NCBI GenBank assembly: GCA_029974275.1
Contig: JARKSN010000134.1
Span: 1-46,518 of the forward strand
Direction of reading: 5' to 3'
DNA length: 46,518 nt
Source: Candidatus Hydrogenedentota bacterium
Lineage (GTDB): Bacteria > Hydrogenedentota > Hydrogenedentia > Hydrogenedentales > SLHB01
The translations under genes and the position numbers were made by a program. Shown piece by piece: positions 32,996-43,406 of the stretch. The notes beneath the pieces were generated by a model. The model searched no databases and was not told the origin of the DNA. It worked only from the letters and a program-made list of their open reading frames with translations. Position 1 is the stretch's first letter; each line of letters opens with the position of its first letter.

Positions 32996-34429
32996 TCACC
33001 GGCCTCGCCTCAAGGCATATCCCGCAAACGCACGCAGACCGTGCCATTTTGCGCGAACATCGGCCACCGAACGAATCTTGAAAAACATGCGCATCATCTG
33101 CGATGGAGACAGGTAGAACGCGCGGAGCGCCTCGTCAATAAGCGCATTGATCTGCGCCGCGCTCAAGCCCGGCAGGCTGACTGTCGCCACCTGCTCGTAG
33201 TCGCTATCGACATAACCGCGCCAGTCCTGCGGGACAAGATAGCCATTCGCCTTGGCCCACGCGTAGTATTCCGAGCCGGGATACGCCACAATGCCGCTAA
33301 ACTGGGCCGTGTCAATCCGGAGCCGCTTGGCGAGCGCGATCGTCTTGCGCGCCGTCGCCAACGTCTCCCCCGGTCCGCCAAACATGAAACAGCCATGCAC
33401 GCGGATGCCCGCCCGACGCGCGTTCGCCGCGAAAATCTCCATCTGCTCGATGGTCGTTCCCTTGTTCACGCCGTCCAGCATCGCTTGATCGCCGAACTCG
33501 AACCCCACGCATAGCATGCGGCAGCCGCTGCGCTTCATCAATCGCAACACCTCCACGTCATTCACATCGACGCGCGCGTTCGCGCTCCAACAAACCGGAA
33601 AACGACGGCGCACCAACGCCTCGCACAAGCGCACAAGACGGTCCTGACTTTCCCGCATGGTCAACGTGTCGTCTTCAAACATAACCTCCTGGATATTGGG
33701 AAACAGGCGCAGGTCGTATTCAATCTCCGCGATAACGCTCTCGACGCTGCGCATGCGATACTGGCGCCCGTTCATCACCTGCGGCAACTGGCAGAAAGAA
33801 CAGCGATTGGGACAGCCGCGCCCCGTTATCAGCGTAATGAATGGAAACAGCTTTCCTGCATCGCGGTAATCGCTCAGATCGATATGCCTCCATGCAGGAA
33901 ATGGAAGCGCATCCAAATCGGAAATGTACGGGCGCGGCGCATTACGGACGGCGCGGCCATGGTCCCACCAAGCGCAGCCTGGACAATCCTTCAACGCAAC
34001 GCCGCCCGCAATATCGCGAATCGTGTAATCGTACTCCCCCACCGCCACCGCCTCGACGACGCCGCCCGCGCGCACAAGCGTATCCTCCCATTCGGCGCTA
34101 ACATGCGGCCCTACCAAAACATTGAAGGCCCCGGTGGCGTCCTTGCACAAACGAGCCGCTGCAATATCGCTGTCGATGGAAGGCGTGGAAGTCTGGTACA
34201 CGATAATGTCAGGGGCGAATTCTTTCAGACGCGGCAACAAGTCCTGCGTGGGCAAATTCTTGGCCTGCGCATCGCACAAAAACACCTCATGCCCCGCCGC
34301 TTCGAGAACCGCCGCGCCCGTGCAAAAATAGTCAGGGTGCCGCTGAACACGCCCGCGCGAGCGTGCGAACCAGCGCGCGGATTTCGTAAAATCCGCCCCA
34401 AACATGGGATTCAAAAAAGCTATTCGCAT
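32996..34429 (-). CDS. Cobalamin-binding radical SAM protein (HpnJ/BchE-like architecture)
   Basis: N-terminal B12-binding fold (LVGPH, GEYD, DLDALPFP), RGCPNRCSFC cluster motif, FEDD, GFE, FMFG.PGET, YPGS. Confidence 0.9.
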   Translation of the reverse strand: MRIAFLNPMFGADFTKSARWFARSRGRVQRHPDYFCTGAAVLEAAGHEVFLCDAQAKNLPTQDLLPRLKEFAPDIIVYQTSTPSIDSDIAAARLCKDATGAFNVLVGPHVSAEWEDTLVRAGGVVEAVAVGEYDYTIRDIAGGVALKDCPGCAWWDHGRAVRNAPRPYISDLDALPFPAWRHIDLSDYRDAGKLFPFITLITGRGCPNRCSFCQLPQVMNGRQYRMRSVESVIAEIEYDLRLFPNIQEVMFEDDTLTMRESQDRLVRLCEALVRRRFPVCWSANARVDVNDVEVLRLMKRSGCRMLCVGFEFGDQAMLDGVNKGTTIEQMEIFAANARRAGIRVHGCFMFGGPGETLATARKTIALAKRLRIDTAQFSGIVAYPGSEYYAWAKANGYLVPQDWRGYVDSDYEQVATVSLPGLSAAQINALIDEALRAFYLSPSQMMRMFFKIRSVADVRAKWHGLRAFAGYALRRGR

Positions 34430-34499
34430 GAAAATCCTGATAGGGCGGGCGTGTGCGAATGGCGCCCTTTCGCGTCATCACGCCGCGACAACGAGAGCA

Positions 34500-35786
34500 T
34501 CACTCCGCGTATCGCTCCACCAGCGCCCGCAACGACGGTCCGACGGCCGCATCGAGCACGACGCCGTCGCCCTCGAATCGCTGCGCAAAGACCTGACCCG
34601 TGTCATGTATCCGCGCGATAAGCGCGGACTCCCCATGCGGAATCCGCAATCGAAGCCGCGTGCGGTCCGAAGCGAGCGCGCGATCCACGCGTTCCCGCAA
34701 GGCATCCAAATTCTCGCCCGTGACCGCCGAAACGCCGATAGCATTCCGGGGCCCGAGCAGCAGTCCGCGCACCTGGTCGGAATCTGCGATGTCGATTTTG
34801 TTGTAGACCAGGATGATTGGCTTGTCCGCCGCGCCGATTTCATCCAAAACCACGTTGACCGCTTGAATCTGTTCTTCAGAAGCGGGGTGCGACGCATCGG
34901 CCACCAGGAGCAGCAAGTCCGCTTCCTCGACTTCCTCAAGGGTCGCGCGAAACGCCGCCACCAACGAGTGCGGCAATTTACGGATAAAACCCACCGTATC
35001 CGTAAACACCGCTTCGCGCTGACTCGGCAGCGAAACCTTGCGGCTCGTCGGATCAAGCGTGGCAAACAACTTATCCTCAATCAACACGTTCGCGCCCGTA
35101 AGCGCGCGCAACAACGAAGACTTGCCGGCATTGGTGTATCCCACCAGCGCCACGCTCGCAACACGTCCGCTCACCCGCCGTTGGCGCTGCACGCGCCGAT
35201 GACGGCGCACAGCCTCCAACTCGCTTTTGAGGCGATCGATCCGCTGCCGAATGACGCGGCGATCGACTTCAAGCTTCTGTTCGCCGGGGCCGCGCGTGCC
35301 GATCCCGGCGCCCAGGCGCATCATCTCGACGCCACGACCCGTAAGACGCGGCAACGCATACTGCAACTGCGCCAGTTCCACCTGGTGCTTGCCCTCGTTG
35401 GTGCGCGCACGCTGTGCGAATATGTCAAGGATGAGCTGCGTGCGATCCACCACTTTGACGTTCAGCGCATCGGCCAGCTTGGCGCCCTGCGTCGGGGAAA
35501 GGTCGGAGTCAATGACCACCAAATCCGCTTCCAACTCGGCCACCGCCTTGCGCAAGGTCTCGACCTTGCCCGAACCGATCAGCGTAGCCGGACACGGCCT
35601 CGCCCTCCGCTGAATGACCGTCAGCGCGACATCCGCCCCGGCTGTCCACGCAAGCCGACGCATTTCCTCCAAAGATTCCGTGATCTCCTCATCCGAATCC
35701 TCGGGCAGGGCAAGCCGCACCACAATGGCCCTCTCCGTAATGGGCGGTCGCTCCAGCTCTATGAGTTTATCCGATATTTTCTGCAC
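34500..35786 (-). CDS. hflX: Ribosome-splitting GTPase HflX
   Basis: DRT.LILDIFAQRA, QVELAQL, RGPGE..LE.DRR, GYTNAGKS, LFATLD, DTVGFI, NKID. Confidence 0.97.
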   Translation of the reverse strand: MQKISDKLIELERPPITERAIVVRLALPEDSDEEITESLEEMRRLAWTAGADVALTVIQRRARPCPATLIGSGKVETLRKAVAELEADLVVIDSDLSPTQGAKLADALNVKVVDRTQLILDIFAQRARTNEGKHQVELAQLQYALPRLTGRGVEMMRLGAGIGTRGPGEQKLEVDRRVIRQRIDRLKSELEAVRRHRRVQRQRRVSGRVASVALVGYTNAGKSSLLRALTGANVLIEDKLFATLDPTSRKVSLPSQREAVFTDTVGFIRKLPHSLVAAFRATLEEVEEADLLLLVADASHPASEEQIQAVNVVLDEIGAADKPIILVYNKIDIADSDQVRGLLLGPRNAIGVSAVTGENLDALRERVDRALASDRTRLRLRIPHGESALIARIHDTGQVFAQRFEGDGVVLDAAVGPSLRALVERYAE

Positions 35787-35842
35787 GCAGCCTCTGTTTT
35801 CACTCGCTCCGGCCCCCTTGCAATGGGACCCTTTCTATCATT

Positions 35843-35851
35843 AGTGTAGCA
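35843..35851 (-). promoter_or_regulatory. Putative extended -10 promoter of hflX
   Basis: TGC-TACACT on the minus strand in the divergent intergenic region. Confidence 0.35.
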
Positions 35852-35941
35852 TGATCAAAGCGCGCATGGGAATGCGCCGAAAACGGCGCAGCCCCGCTGA
35901 ACCCATAAACATGCATACGCATTCTTGCTGGAGAACCGAAC

Positions 35942-37186
35942 ATGACAACTTCCGGTATATTCCGCGCCGGCTACGCAAAACGAGACATCACCCCAGACAC
36001 ACCTCTCCCCCTATGGGGATACGACTCCAGCATGCGGCCCAATCCCCTCTCTACAGGAGTTTTGGACCCGTTATTCGCCAAAACCCTCGTGTTGGAGGCC
36101 GCCGGGCGCCGATTGGCGGTTGTCGGACTCGACCTTGGCCGCGCGCCCACGCGCCCCATCGTCAACGCCGTGCGCGAGGCCGCCCGTTCACGACACAACG
36201 TGGACGGCGTGCTGCTTTGCGCTTCGCACACGCACCACGCCCCCGTCCTCGAACTGCGCGATGAACCGGGACGCGGGCAAGGCGTTTACGACGACGCGGT
36301 GCAGTATGTCGCCTTTCTGCGCGACACGATCATCGATGCCATCGGCGAGGCGGCTTCCCTGCTCCAACCCGCGCAAATAGCCGCGGCATCCGCCGCGTGT
36401 TCCCTGAACCGAAACCGTCACACCCAGCAACGCGATAAGCCGGCCGACCAAACCCTCACGGTCGTCCGCCTGGACGATGACACGGGCCATCCCCTAGCCA
36501 TCCTCGTGAACTACGCCGGACATCCAACGCTATATCCTCCGCAAAAACAGCTCATCAGCGCGGAATACCCGGGCGTGATGATGGCAGCGATCGAGAAAAC
36601 CATGAACGCGCCGTGCCTGTTTCTCCAAGGCGCCTGCGGAGACTTGCAAATCGATATCGACGACGATGCGTGGGGACAAAAGGACTTCATCTACGAGACC
36701 GGGGCGACGCTGGCGCATGACGTGCTGCGGCTGGCGGAAAATTTGAAGACCAGCGCCCCGCTTTCTGTTTCTTTGGGGGTTGAGGAAAAGGACTTCGCGT
36801 TCGAATCCCGACTCGACTTCACGAATTCCGGCATCGTCGCGGGCTTTGGCAAGAGTTTTTTTCCGGAATTGGCGCAAAGCGCCGCCGACGATTACGGAAA
36901 ATGCCTGCGTCCACATCTCACCACGGCATTGCTCAACGGCTCCCTCGCCTTTGTCGGCGTATCCGGCGAGTTCTTCTGCGCGCATGCGCTGCGATTGCGC
37001 GAAAAACTCAGCGGGATGCATCTCCTATTCGCCGGATACTGCAACGGCCACGAGATGTATTTTCCCACCTTGGAGGCTCTCCAAGAAGGGGGATACGGCG
37101 CAGACCTCGAAAGTTCCTGGGTGAGCGCCGGCGCCGGCGAAGAGATGATGGAAGCCGCCGCGAAGTCCATTGCAGGAATGAGATAA
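35942..37186 (+). CDS. Neutral/alkaline ceramidase N-terminal-domain family hydrolase
   Basis: DITP, DPL.A, ASHTH.AP, NYAGHPT, SAEYPG, FLQGACGD, SGE.F, GYCNG...Y.PT..GGY. Confidence 0.8.
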   Translation: MTTSGIFRAGYAKRDITPDTPLPLWGYDSSMRPNPLSTGVLDPLFAKTLVLEAAGRRLAVVGLDLGRAPTRPIVNAVREAARSRHNVDGVLLCASHTHHAPVLELRDEPGRGQGVYDDAVQYVAFLRDTIIDAIGEAASLLQPAQIAAASAACSLNRNRHTQQRDKPADQTLTVVRLDDDTGHPLAILVNYAGHPTLYPPQKQLISAEYPGVMMAAIEKTMNAPCLFLQGACGDLQIDIDDDAWGQKDFIYETGATLAHDVLRLAENLKTSAPLSVSLGVEEKDFAFESRLDFTNSGIVAGFGKSFFPELAQSAADDYGKCLRPHLTTALLNGSLAFVGVSGEFFCAHALRLREKLSGMHLLFAGYCNGHEMYFPTLEALQEGGYGADLESSWVSAGAGEEMMEAAAKSIAGMR

Positions 37187-37237
37187 ACGACCGACGGAAG
37201 CCGTTTCCCTGGATAGGTCCCAGATCGCCCCGCCACG

Positions 37238-37277
37238 AAAAAAGACGCCCTTTCCTCGCGTACGAGAAAAGGGCGTC
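37238..37277 (-). terminator. Rho-independent terminator of rplM-rpsI
   Basis: 15-bp stem GACGCCCTTTTCTCG/CGAGGAAAGGGCGTC (one G-U pair on the minus strand) followed by T6. Confidence 0.88.
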
Positions 37278-37300
37278 CTATGTGATATCGAGATTCCGGT

Positions 37301-37699
37301 CTAGCGCTTGGAGAACTGGAACCGGCGCCGGGCTCCAGGACGACCATACTTCTTGCGTTCCACTTCACGGGCGTCACGCGTCATCAGGCCTGCGCGACGA
37401 AGCGGAGACAGCAGGTTCGGGTCCATCTCGACAAGCGCGCGAGCAATGCCCAAACGCAAAGCGCCTGCCTGCCCCGACACGCCGCCGCCCGAGCAGATCG
37501 CGCGCACGTCGAATTTCTCGACGTTATTCGTCGCCTCGAACGGCTGATTCGCAAGCATGACCAGCACCTCGCGCGCCAGATATTCGGCGACCGGCTTTCC
37601 GTTCACCACGAATTTCCCCGTGCCCGGCGACAATCTCACGCGCGCCGATGCCTCTTTCCGCCGACCAACCGCTGTCACTTCATTCGATACTTGAGCCAC
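37301..37699 (-). CDS. rpsI: 30S ribosomal protein S9
   Basis: GRRK.A.ARV, GGG.SGQAGA.R.GIARAL, TRD.R.VERKK.G...ARRRFQFSKR. Confidence 0.98.
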   Translation of the reverse strand: MAQVSNEVTAVGRRKEASARVRLSPGTGKFVVNGKPVAEYLAREVLVMLANQPFEATNNVEKFDVRAICSGGGVSGQAGALRLGIARALVEMDPNLLSPLRRAGLMTRDAREVERKKYGRPGARRRFQFSKR

Positions 37700-37729
37700 G
37701 TCATTGCCCTCTCTTCGCTATGCCAACAG

Positions 37730-38161
37730 TCATGGCATGGTGTACGGTTGCGGATTCTGCGCCTGTTGTTCGTGCTCGGGCCCCGCATACACGCGCAGGC
37801 GCCGAGCAAGGGCGCGCCCCAAGCGATTGTGCGGCAACATGCCGACCACCGCAAAGGTCATGGCCCGCGTCGGATGCTTTGCTATCAACTGCGCATAATT
37901 CGTCTCCGAAAGGCCTCCCGGATAACCGGAATGGCGATAGTACATTTTCTGATCGCGCTTCTTTCCGGTGACCTTCGCCTTCTCCGCATTGACGATCACC
38001 ACGTGATCGCCGCAATCCAGATACGGCGTGTACTGCGGCTTATGTTTGCCGCGCAAGAGACGAGCGGCCTCCACAGCCACGCGCCCCAGGACTTTGTCCT
38101 TCGCATCGATAACGAACCACTTCTTTTCCACATCTCCCTCTTTGGGGACGTACGTCTTCAC
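37730..38161 (-). CDS. rplM: 50S ribosomal protein L13
   Basis: W.VIDA...LGR.A, GKHKP.YTP..DCGD, YYRHSGYPGG; GTG 38161 with GGAGG RBS. Confidence 0.98.
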   Translation of the reverse strand: MKTYVPKEGDVEKKWFVIDAKDKVLGRVAVEAARLLRGKHKPQYTPYLDCGDHVVIVNAEKAKVTGKKRDQKMYYRHSGYPGGLSETNYAQLIAKHPTRAMTFAVVGMLPHNRLGRALARRLRVYAGPEHEQQAQNPQPYTMP

Positions 38162-38231
38162 GCTCACCTTCCTCCGGAATGTTATCCGTCCAAGCAGCAA
38201 TCTGTCTTCGTAGACCTGAAAGGGACGGGGA

Positions 38232-38260
38232 ACACTACCAAACGTTCAACCCAAAGTCAA
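38232..38260 (-). promoter_or_regulatory. Sigma70 promoter of rplM-rpsI
   Basis: TTGACT-N17-TAGTGT with a TG extension. Confidence 0.65.
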
Positions 38261-38273
38261 GTTTTCATGCAAA

Positions 38274-41015
38274 TTAGTTTTGCGCCATTCCGCCGTGACA
38301 CTTCTTGTATTTTCTGCCGCTGCCGCAAGGACACGGATCGTTGGGCTTCGTCTGCGGCGCGACGCGGATCGGCTGCTGACGCGGGCGCTCGGTCTGCTGC
38401 ATTTCGCCGGACGGCTGCGCCGCGTCTTTCTGTCCCGCCAACGCAAAACGGCTCGTGTCGTACGATGCAAAACTGCGATCCTGCTGCTTGTCCGAAGCCA
38501 CATAGGTGTACTCCCCAAACTGGGCCAACGGGTCTTCCTGGGAAACAGGCATCCCCGCGCGAGCGCCCACGCGCCGCGCCTTGCGAATCTCCGGATCCGT
38601 CAACCGGAACAGCGTGGCGGTCACCTGCTCCTCGATGCCGCGCATCATGAGTTCGAACATTTCAAACCCCTCGGATTTGTACTCGACAAGGGGGTCTTTC
38701 TGCCCATACGCCCGCAACCGGACCGAATCGCGAAGATAATCCATCGAATAGAGATGATCTATCCATTTATCGTCGACCGCCCGCAACAGGGCCATCTTCT
38801 CCAAATCGTGCATGCGCTTCCCCGCAAGCTTCTCGAAATCAATCGATGACTCATCTCCCCCGATCTGCGCCCGAAACGCCGCGCGAATCTCGTCTGCTAT
38901 CGCAAAACGCCGCCGAACGTACTCGCCCTGCACCTGCGCAATCAGATCATCCGCCAACGGCCTCGGCGTCCCCTCCTCTTCGGCATCCAGCCTCGGCTCA
39001 ATCCCGAACAGTTGCCGGAAACGCAACGTCAGCCCCTCCAGATTCCACTCATCCGGCAACACGTTGTCCGGGGCGTACTCGTTGACGGCGTCCCCGATGA
39101 CATTCTGAAACATGCCGTCGATCTGCGCCGAAATATCCTTGTCCTCGAGCACATCGCGCCGGAGGCCATAGATGATTTGGCGCTGCGTATTCATGACATC
39201 GTCGTATTCCTTCAGATGCTTGCGAATGTCGAAGTTGTACGACTCAACCTGCTTTTGCGCGCGCTCGATCGATCGCGAGACCATTCGCTGCTCCAACGGC
39301 TCGTCATCCATCTGCTCACTGCCCAGCCACTCGACTATCCGCTTGACCTTGTCGCCGCCAAACAAACGAGCCACCTCGTCCTCGAGACTCAAGAAAAAAC
39401 GCGTCGTGCCTGGGTCCCCCTGCCGGCCGCAACGTCCGCGCAACTGGTTGTCAATCCGGCGCGACTCATGGCGCTCCGTGCCGACAATGGCCAGCCCCCC
39501 CAATTCGCGCACGCCTTCTCCCAGCTTGATATCGGTCCCGCGACCGGCCATGTTCGTCGCAATCGTGATCGCGCCGCGTTTGCCCGCATTGGCCACGATC
39601 GCCGCTTCGCGCTCGTGATGCTTGGCGTTGAGCACTTCATACGCGTTGACGCCCGACGCCTCCAGCATTTGCGCGACGACCTCCGACTTCTCGATGGAAA
39701 CCGTTCCAACCAGGATCGGGCGCCCTTCCTCGTGAATACGCTTAATCTCCTGAACAACATGGCGAAACTTTCCCAGTTCCGTGGCAAAGACCAAGTCGGT
39801 CAAATCATGCCGGATCAAAGGTAGATTCGTGGGGATTTGCACCACGTCCAGGTTGTAAATGGTTGCGAACTCGACGGCCTCCGTGGCGGCGGTGCCCGTC
39901 ATGCCGCCGATCTTCGCGTACAGCTTGAACAAGTTTTGGTAGGTGATGGAGGCGACCGTCTGGGTCTCAAACTGCACGGCCACGCGTTCCTTCGCTTCGA
40001 GCGCCTGGTGCAGCCCATCCGAAAAACGCCTCCCTTCCATCATGCGTCCCGTGAATTCATCGACAATCAACACCTCGCCATTGCGCACCACATATTCGTC
40101 ATCGATCCGGTAGAAATGATGGGCGCGGATCGCCTGCTGCAACATATGCACAATGCCCAGCGCATCGTCCACATACAAGTCTTCCACACCCAGCAGACGC
40201 TCTGCGGCCTCCATGCCTTCCTCGGTGAGCAAAACATGATGTCCCTTCTCCTCCAATTCGAAATGAGCGCCCTTGCGCAACCTGCGCACCGCTTCGTCAA
40301 CCTTGTAGTACAAATCGGTGCTCTTTTCAGGACGCCCCGAAATGATGAGCGGGGTGCGCGCTTCGTCGACCAGGATCGAATCGATCTCATCCACGATGGC
40401 ATAATTGAGCGGCCGTTGCACGCGCGATTCCGGACGAATCGCCATGTTGTCCCGCAAATAGTCAAAACCGAATTCGTTGTTCGTGCCGTACGTGACATCC
40501 GCACGATAACTGACCTGCCGCTCAAAAGTATCCATGTCATGCTGGATCAGGCCAACCGTCAACCCCATGAACTCGTAAATCGGGCCCATCCACTCACGGT
40601 CGCGACGGGCCAAAAAGTCATTCACGGTCACCACGTGAACGCCTTTGCCCGTCAAGGCGTTGAGGTAAACGGGCAACGTCGCGACAAGCGTTTTGCCCTC
40701 GCCCGTGACCATTTCGGCAATCCGACCCTGATGCAACACAATCCCGCCGATAACCTGAACATCGAAATGGCGCATGCCCACGACACGCTTGGCAGCCTCG
40801 CGCACTGCGGCAAACGCCTCCGGAAGTAGCGCCTCCAGGGTTTCGCCGCAGGCTAGCCGCGCCCTGTAACGCCCCGTTTCCGCCTGTAACGCGTCGTTCG
40901 TCATGCGGACATAACGCGGCTCCAGGTCGCGAACCGCCTCGACCAGCGGCATCAACTTCTTTATCTGCCGGTCGCTGCTCGTACCGAACAAGGACCGTAG
41001 GAAATCCGTAAGCAC
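38274..41015 (-). CDS. secA: Preprotein translocase ATPase SecA
   Basis: EM.TGEGKT, GFDYLRDNM, DE.DS.L.DEARTPLIISG, ATNMAGRGTDI, RRIDNQLRGR, C-terminal CPCGSG.KYKKCH; GTG 41015 with GGAGAGG RBS. Confidence 0.98.
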   Translation of the reverse strand: MLTDFLRSLFGTSSDRQIKKLMPLVEAVRDLEPRYVRMTNDALQAETGRYRARLACGETLEALLPEAFAAVREAAKRVVGMRHFDVQVIGGIVLHQGRIAEMVTGEGKTLVATLPVYLNALTGKGVHVVTVNDFLARRDREWMGPIYEFMGLTVGLIQHDMDTFERQVSYRADVTYGTNNEFGFDYLRDNMAIRPESRVQRPLNYAIVDEIDSILVDEARTPLIISGRPEKSTDLYYKVDEAVRRLRKGAHFELEEKGHHVLLTEEGMEAAERLLGVEDLYVDDALGIVHMLQQAIRAHHFYRIDDEYVVRNGEVLIVDEFTGRMMEGRRFSDGLHQALEAKERVAVQFETQTVASITYQNLFKLYAKIGGMTGTAATEAVEFATIYNLDVVQIPTNLPLIRHDLTDLVFATELGKFRHVVQEIKRIHEEGRPILVGTVSIEKSEVVAQMLEASGVNAYEVLNAKHHEREAAIVANAGKRGAITIATNMAGRGTDIKLGEGVRELGGLAIVGTERHESRRIDNQLRGRCGRQGDPGTTRFFLSLEDEVARLFGGDKVKRIVEWLGSEQMDDEPLEQRMVSRSIERAQKQVESYNFDIRKHLKEYDDVMNTQRQIIYGLRRDVLEDKDISAQIDGMFQNVIGDAVNEYAPDNVLPDEWNLEGLTLRFRQLFGIEPRLDAEEEGTPRPLADDLIAQVQGEYVRRRFAIADEIRAAFRAQIGGDESSIDFEKLAGKRMHDLEKMALLRAVDDKWIDHLYSMDYLRDSVRLRAYGQKDPLVEYKSEGFEMFELMMRGIEEQVTATLFRLTDPEIRKARRVGARAGMPVSQEDPLAQFGEYTYVASDKQQDRSFASYDTSRFALAGQKDAAQPSGEMQQTERPRQQPIRVAPQTKPNDPCPCGSGRKYKKCHGGMAQN

Positions 41016-41148
41016 GTAGCATCCTCTCCCTATGGCATCACCGCCTCGCGCGGACCGCATCGACCGCCCGCACACGAATCCGCGCTTGGAATACACGGCG
41101 CGTTCATGGTATCAAAGGGCGACCCAATAGCACAAACAGGAGACCCAA

Positions 41149-43350
41149 ATGGCGCCTGTCGCCCTCTATGTTCTGTCGCTGTGCGGCGCCGCCGGATCCC
41201 TTGGCGCATTCGCGCAACAGACGCTTGGCGCACAAGGATTTGCGCCCACGCTCCATTCCGCCCTGTTCCTGGCAGGATGCGTCGCGCTGGCCTTCGTCGC
41301 CGCGCAACTCTCGTACGTGGCCCTCATCCGCCTCCTCATGCCTCACAGAAGCTCCGGATTCTTCCTATGCGAATCCCTCTCCCAATTGACAGGACTGTTC
41401 CTGCTTCCCTATGTCCTTCACATGCAGATATCCTGGCCCCATCCGGCGCTAAGCAAAATCGAACCCCTCCTCTATCTCGCCGCTTTTGGAGGATCCCATC
41501 TCTTTTTCAAGCTCGTATCCTTCTTCACTGCCTTGCGCAGCGAATCGGCCCCCCGTTGGCCTGCCCTCGCATGGGCCGTCCCCATGGCCATCAACGGCAT
41601 CCTCGCCGCCTTCCTCCTCTCCCAATGGCTATCCACCGTCAACGGCGCGCGAACGAACGTCATCGCCCAAACCACTCCCGCCTGCGCCGACGGCGTCTAT
41701 GCCAAAGCCGTGGAACTCCGCGAAGGCGCCGTGCGACACGTCACCTTCGACGCCGCTTTCCCCAACCAATGCCTAACCTTGCGATGGGCCCATCCCCCCG
41801 CCCTACAAAACCAAACGCCACTCAAGCAAATCCACGTCTCGGTCGAGATGTTCGGCAACGAAAAACGCCCCTTTCACGCCACCCTCACCCTGCAGGACTC
41901 CGGATGGACGGAACTGCGCGTGCCCCCTGATCGGATAGCCGACGATCTGCGCTTTTGCCGCATCCGGTGGACCACCGAAAAAGAAGGCCCCTGGGAAAAA
42001 CTCACCGGACTGCGCCCCGTCCTAGACACCAACCAAAGCTTGCTGCTCAGCGGTCCATTCCAACATGCCGTCCGCAACGGCAACAAGCCGCTCAATTATA
42101 TCGTCGTGTGTTGGGACGGGCTCGGCATTGATCGCGTTTCCGGATTGGGCTACAAGCTCACCACCACCCCCTTTCTGGATGAACTCCTCACCCAAGGAAA
42201 AACCTTCACCCGCGCCTACACCCCCGCCCCCGAAGCCCCCGCAGCCTGCATGACGCTCCTAACCGGCGCCAGCCCTCTCCGGCATGGGATCCTAGGCAAA
42301 AATCATGGCCCATTGCCGCCCCATGTCCGAACCTGGGCAGAAGAACTAGCCAAATCCCGCTATGCCACCGCCGCCTTCATGGAAGCGGAAGACGACCCCT
42401 CCTTCGCCTTCGGAACCGGCTTTGAACGCGGGTTCGACAGCTACGATGCGGCCTATGCCCCAGTCCCAAATTCCGGCAACCTTGCCGCGTCCAATCCCGA
42501 AAACAAACCCAGAACCGATTTCACGGACGACGCCCCACTCCCTCTGGGCGGATCCGCAGACACAATTGCCCGCGCCATCACGTGGGTGGAAGCCCATTCA
42601 GATATGCATTTTTTCGTCTTCCTGCGCCTCCGAGAACTGACTGATCTCCGGTTGCAAGAACGCCACGGGAAACAATTCATCGCTAACCCGGAAAAGCCAA
42701 CGCCTCGTGAAACATCCGACACGATTCTCTCCTACCTGGATCAGCATTTAGGGCGTCTTTTTAAGCGTATCCGCGATTCTGAAACAAGAAGAAACACATG
42801 CATCATCATCACATCCTCTTATGGAATAAGCGTTTTTGAGGAAGGAAGGGCTGGAGCGACATCCGAGCTTTTTGAGAATGTCCTCAATGTTCCAGTTGTG
42901 TTTCAGTTCCCGGGGTCGCCACGAGAACAGAAAACTACGCTCATGGGACTTGAAGACATCATGCCCACAGCGTTGGCGCTGTCCGACATGGCTCCCAGTG
43001 GATGGGCTGATGGGGTAAACATCTCGCAACGATCGCGCGTGACCGGACCCATTTCCATGCAGGGCGATCCTATTGTGCTGACGATCCGAGACGATGCTTG
43101 GCGTTTCTACTGGGCGTCAGGGGCATCTCCCGAATCCCTCTCCCCGCCTGCGGCGTCGGGAGACGTTCGCCTGTTTCGCGCGCCTCGCACGCGTAGCGGC
43201 GAATGGTCCGGCGACGTGGCTCCGCGCAATGCCAACATCGTCAACCTGTATCGGACACAACTGTCGTCCTACCTGACGCGCATGGATCAGGCCCGAAAAG
43301 ACACTCCCCCTCCCCGTGATGCCGACGCGACCCCTCCGCTTTCGCAATAG
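41149..43350 (+). CDS. Membrane-anchored sulfatase/alkaline-phosphatase-fold protein, probably catalytically degenerate
   Basis: About 5 N-terminal TM helices, then N.IVV..D.L..D, GY...TTPFLD, LLTG..P.RHG, GFERGFD and VP motifs; nucleophile and DH ligands are substituted. Confidence 0.75.
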   Translation: MAPVALYVLSLCGAAGSLGAFAQQTLGAQGFAPTLHSALFLAGCVALAFVAAQLSYVALIRLLMPHRSSGFFLCESLSQLTGLFLLPYVLHMQISWPHPALSKIEPLLYLAAFGGSHLFFKLVSFFTALRSESAPRWPALAWAVPMAINGILAAFLLSQWLSTVNGARTNVIAQTTPACADGVYAKAVELREGAVRHVTFDAAFPNQCLTLRWAHPPALQNQTPLKQIHVSVEMFGNEKRPFHATLTLQDSGWTELRVPPDRIADDLRFCRIRWTTEKEGPWEKLTGLRPVLDTNQSLLLSGPFQHAVRNGNKPLNYIVVCWDGLGIDRVSGLGYKLTTTPFLDELLTQGKTFTRAYTPAPEAPAACMTLLTGASPLRHGILGKNHGPLPPHVRTWAEELAKSRYATAAFMEAEDDPSFAFGTGFERGFDSYDAAYAPVPNSGNLAASNPENKPRTDFTDDAPLPLGGSADTIARAITWVEAHSDMHFFVFLRLRELTDLRLQERHGKQFIANPEKPTPRETSDTILSYLDQHLGRLFKRIRDSETRRNTCIIITSSYGISVFEEGRAGATSELFENVLNVPVVFQFPGSPREQKTTLMGLEDIMPTALALSDMAPSGWADGVNISQRSRVTGPISMQGDPIVLTIRDDAWRFYWASGASPESLSPPAASGDVRLFRAPRTRSGEWSGDVAPRNANIVNLYRTQLSSYLTRMDQARKDTPPPRDADATPPLSQ

Positions 43351-43406
43351 ATTGCTTCCGGATCCAGACGGAACCGCAGGACATCAAAAAGATAGGCAAG
43401 GACCCG

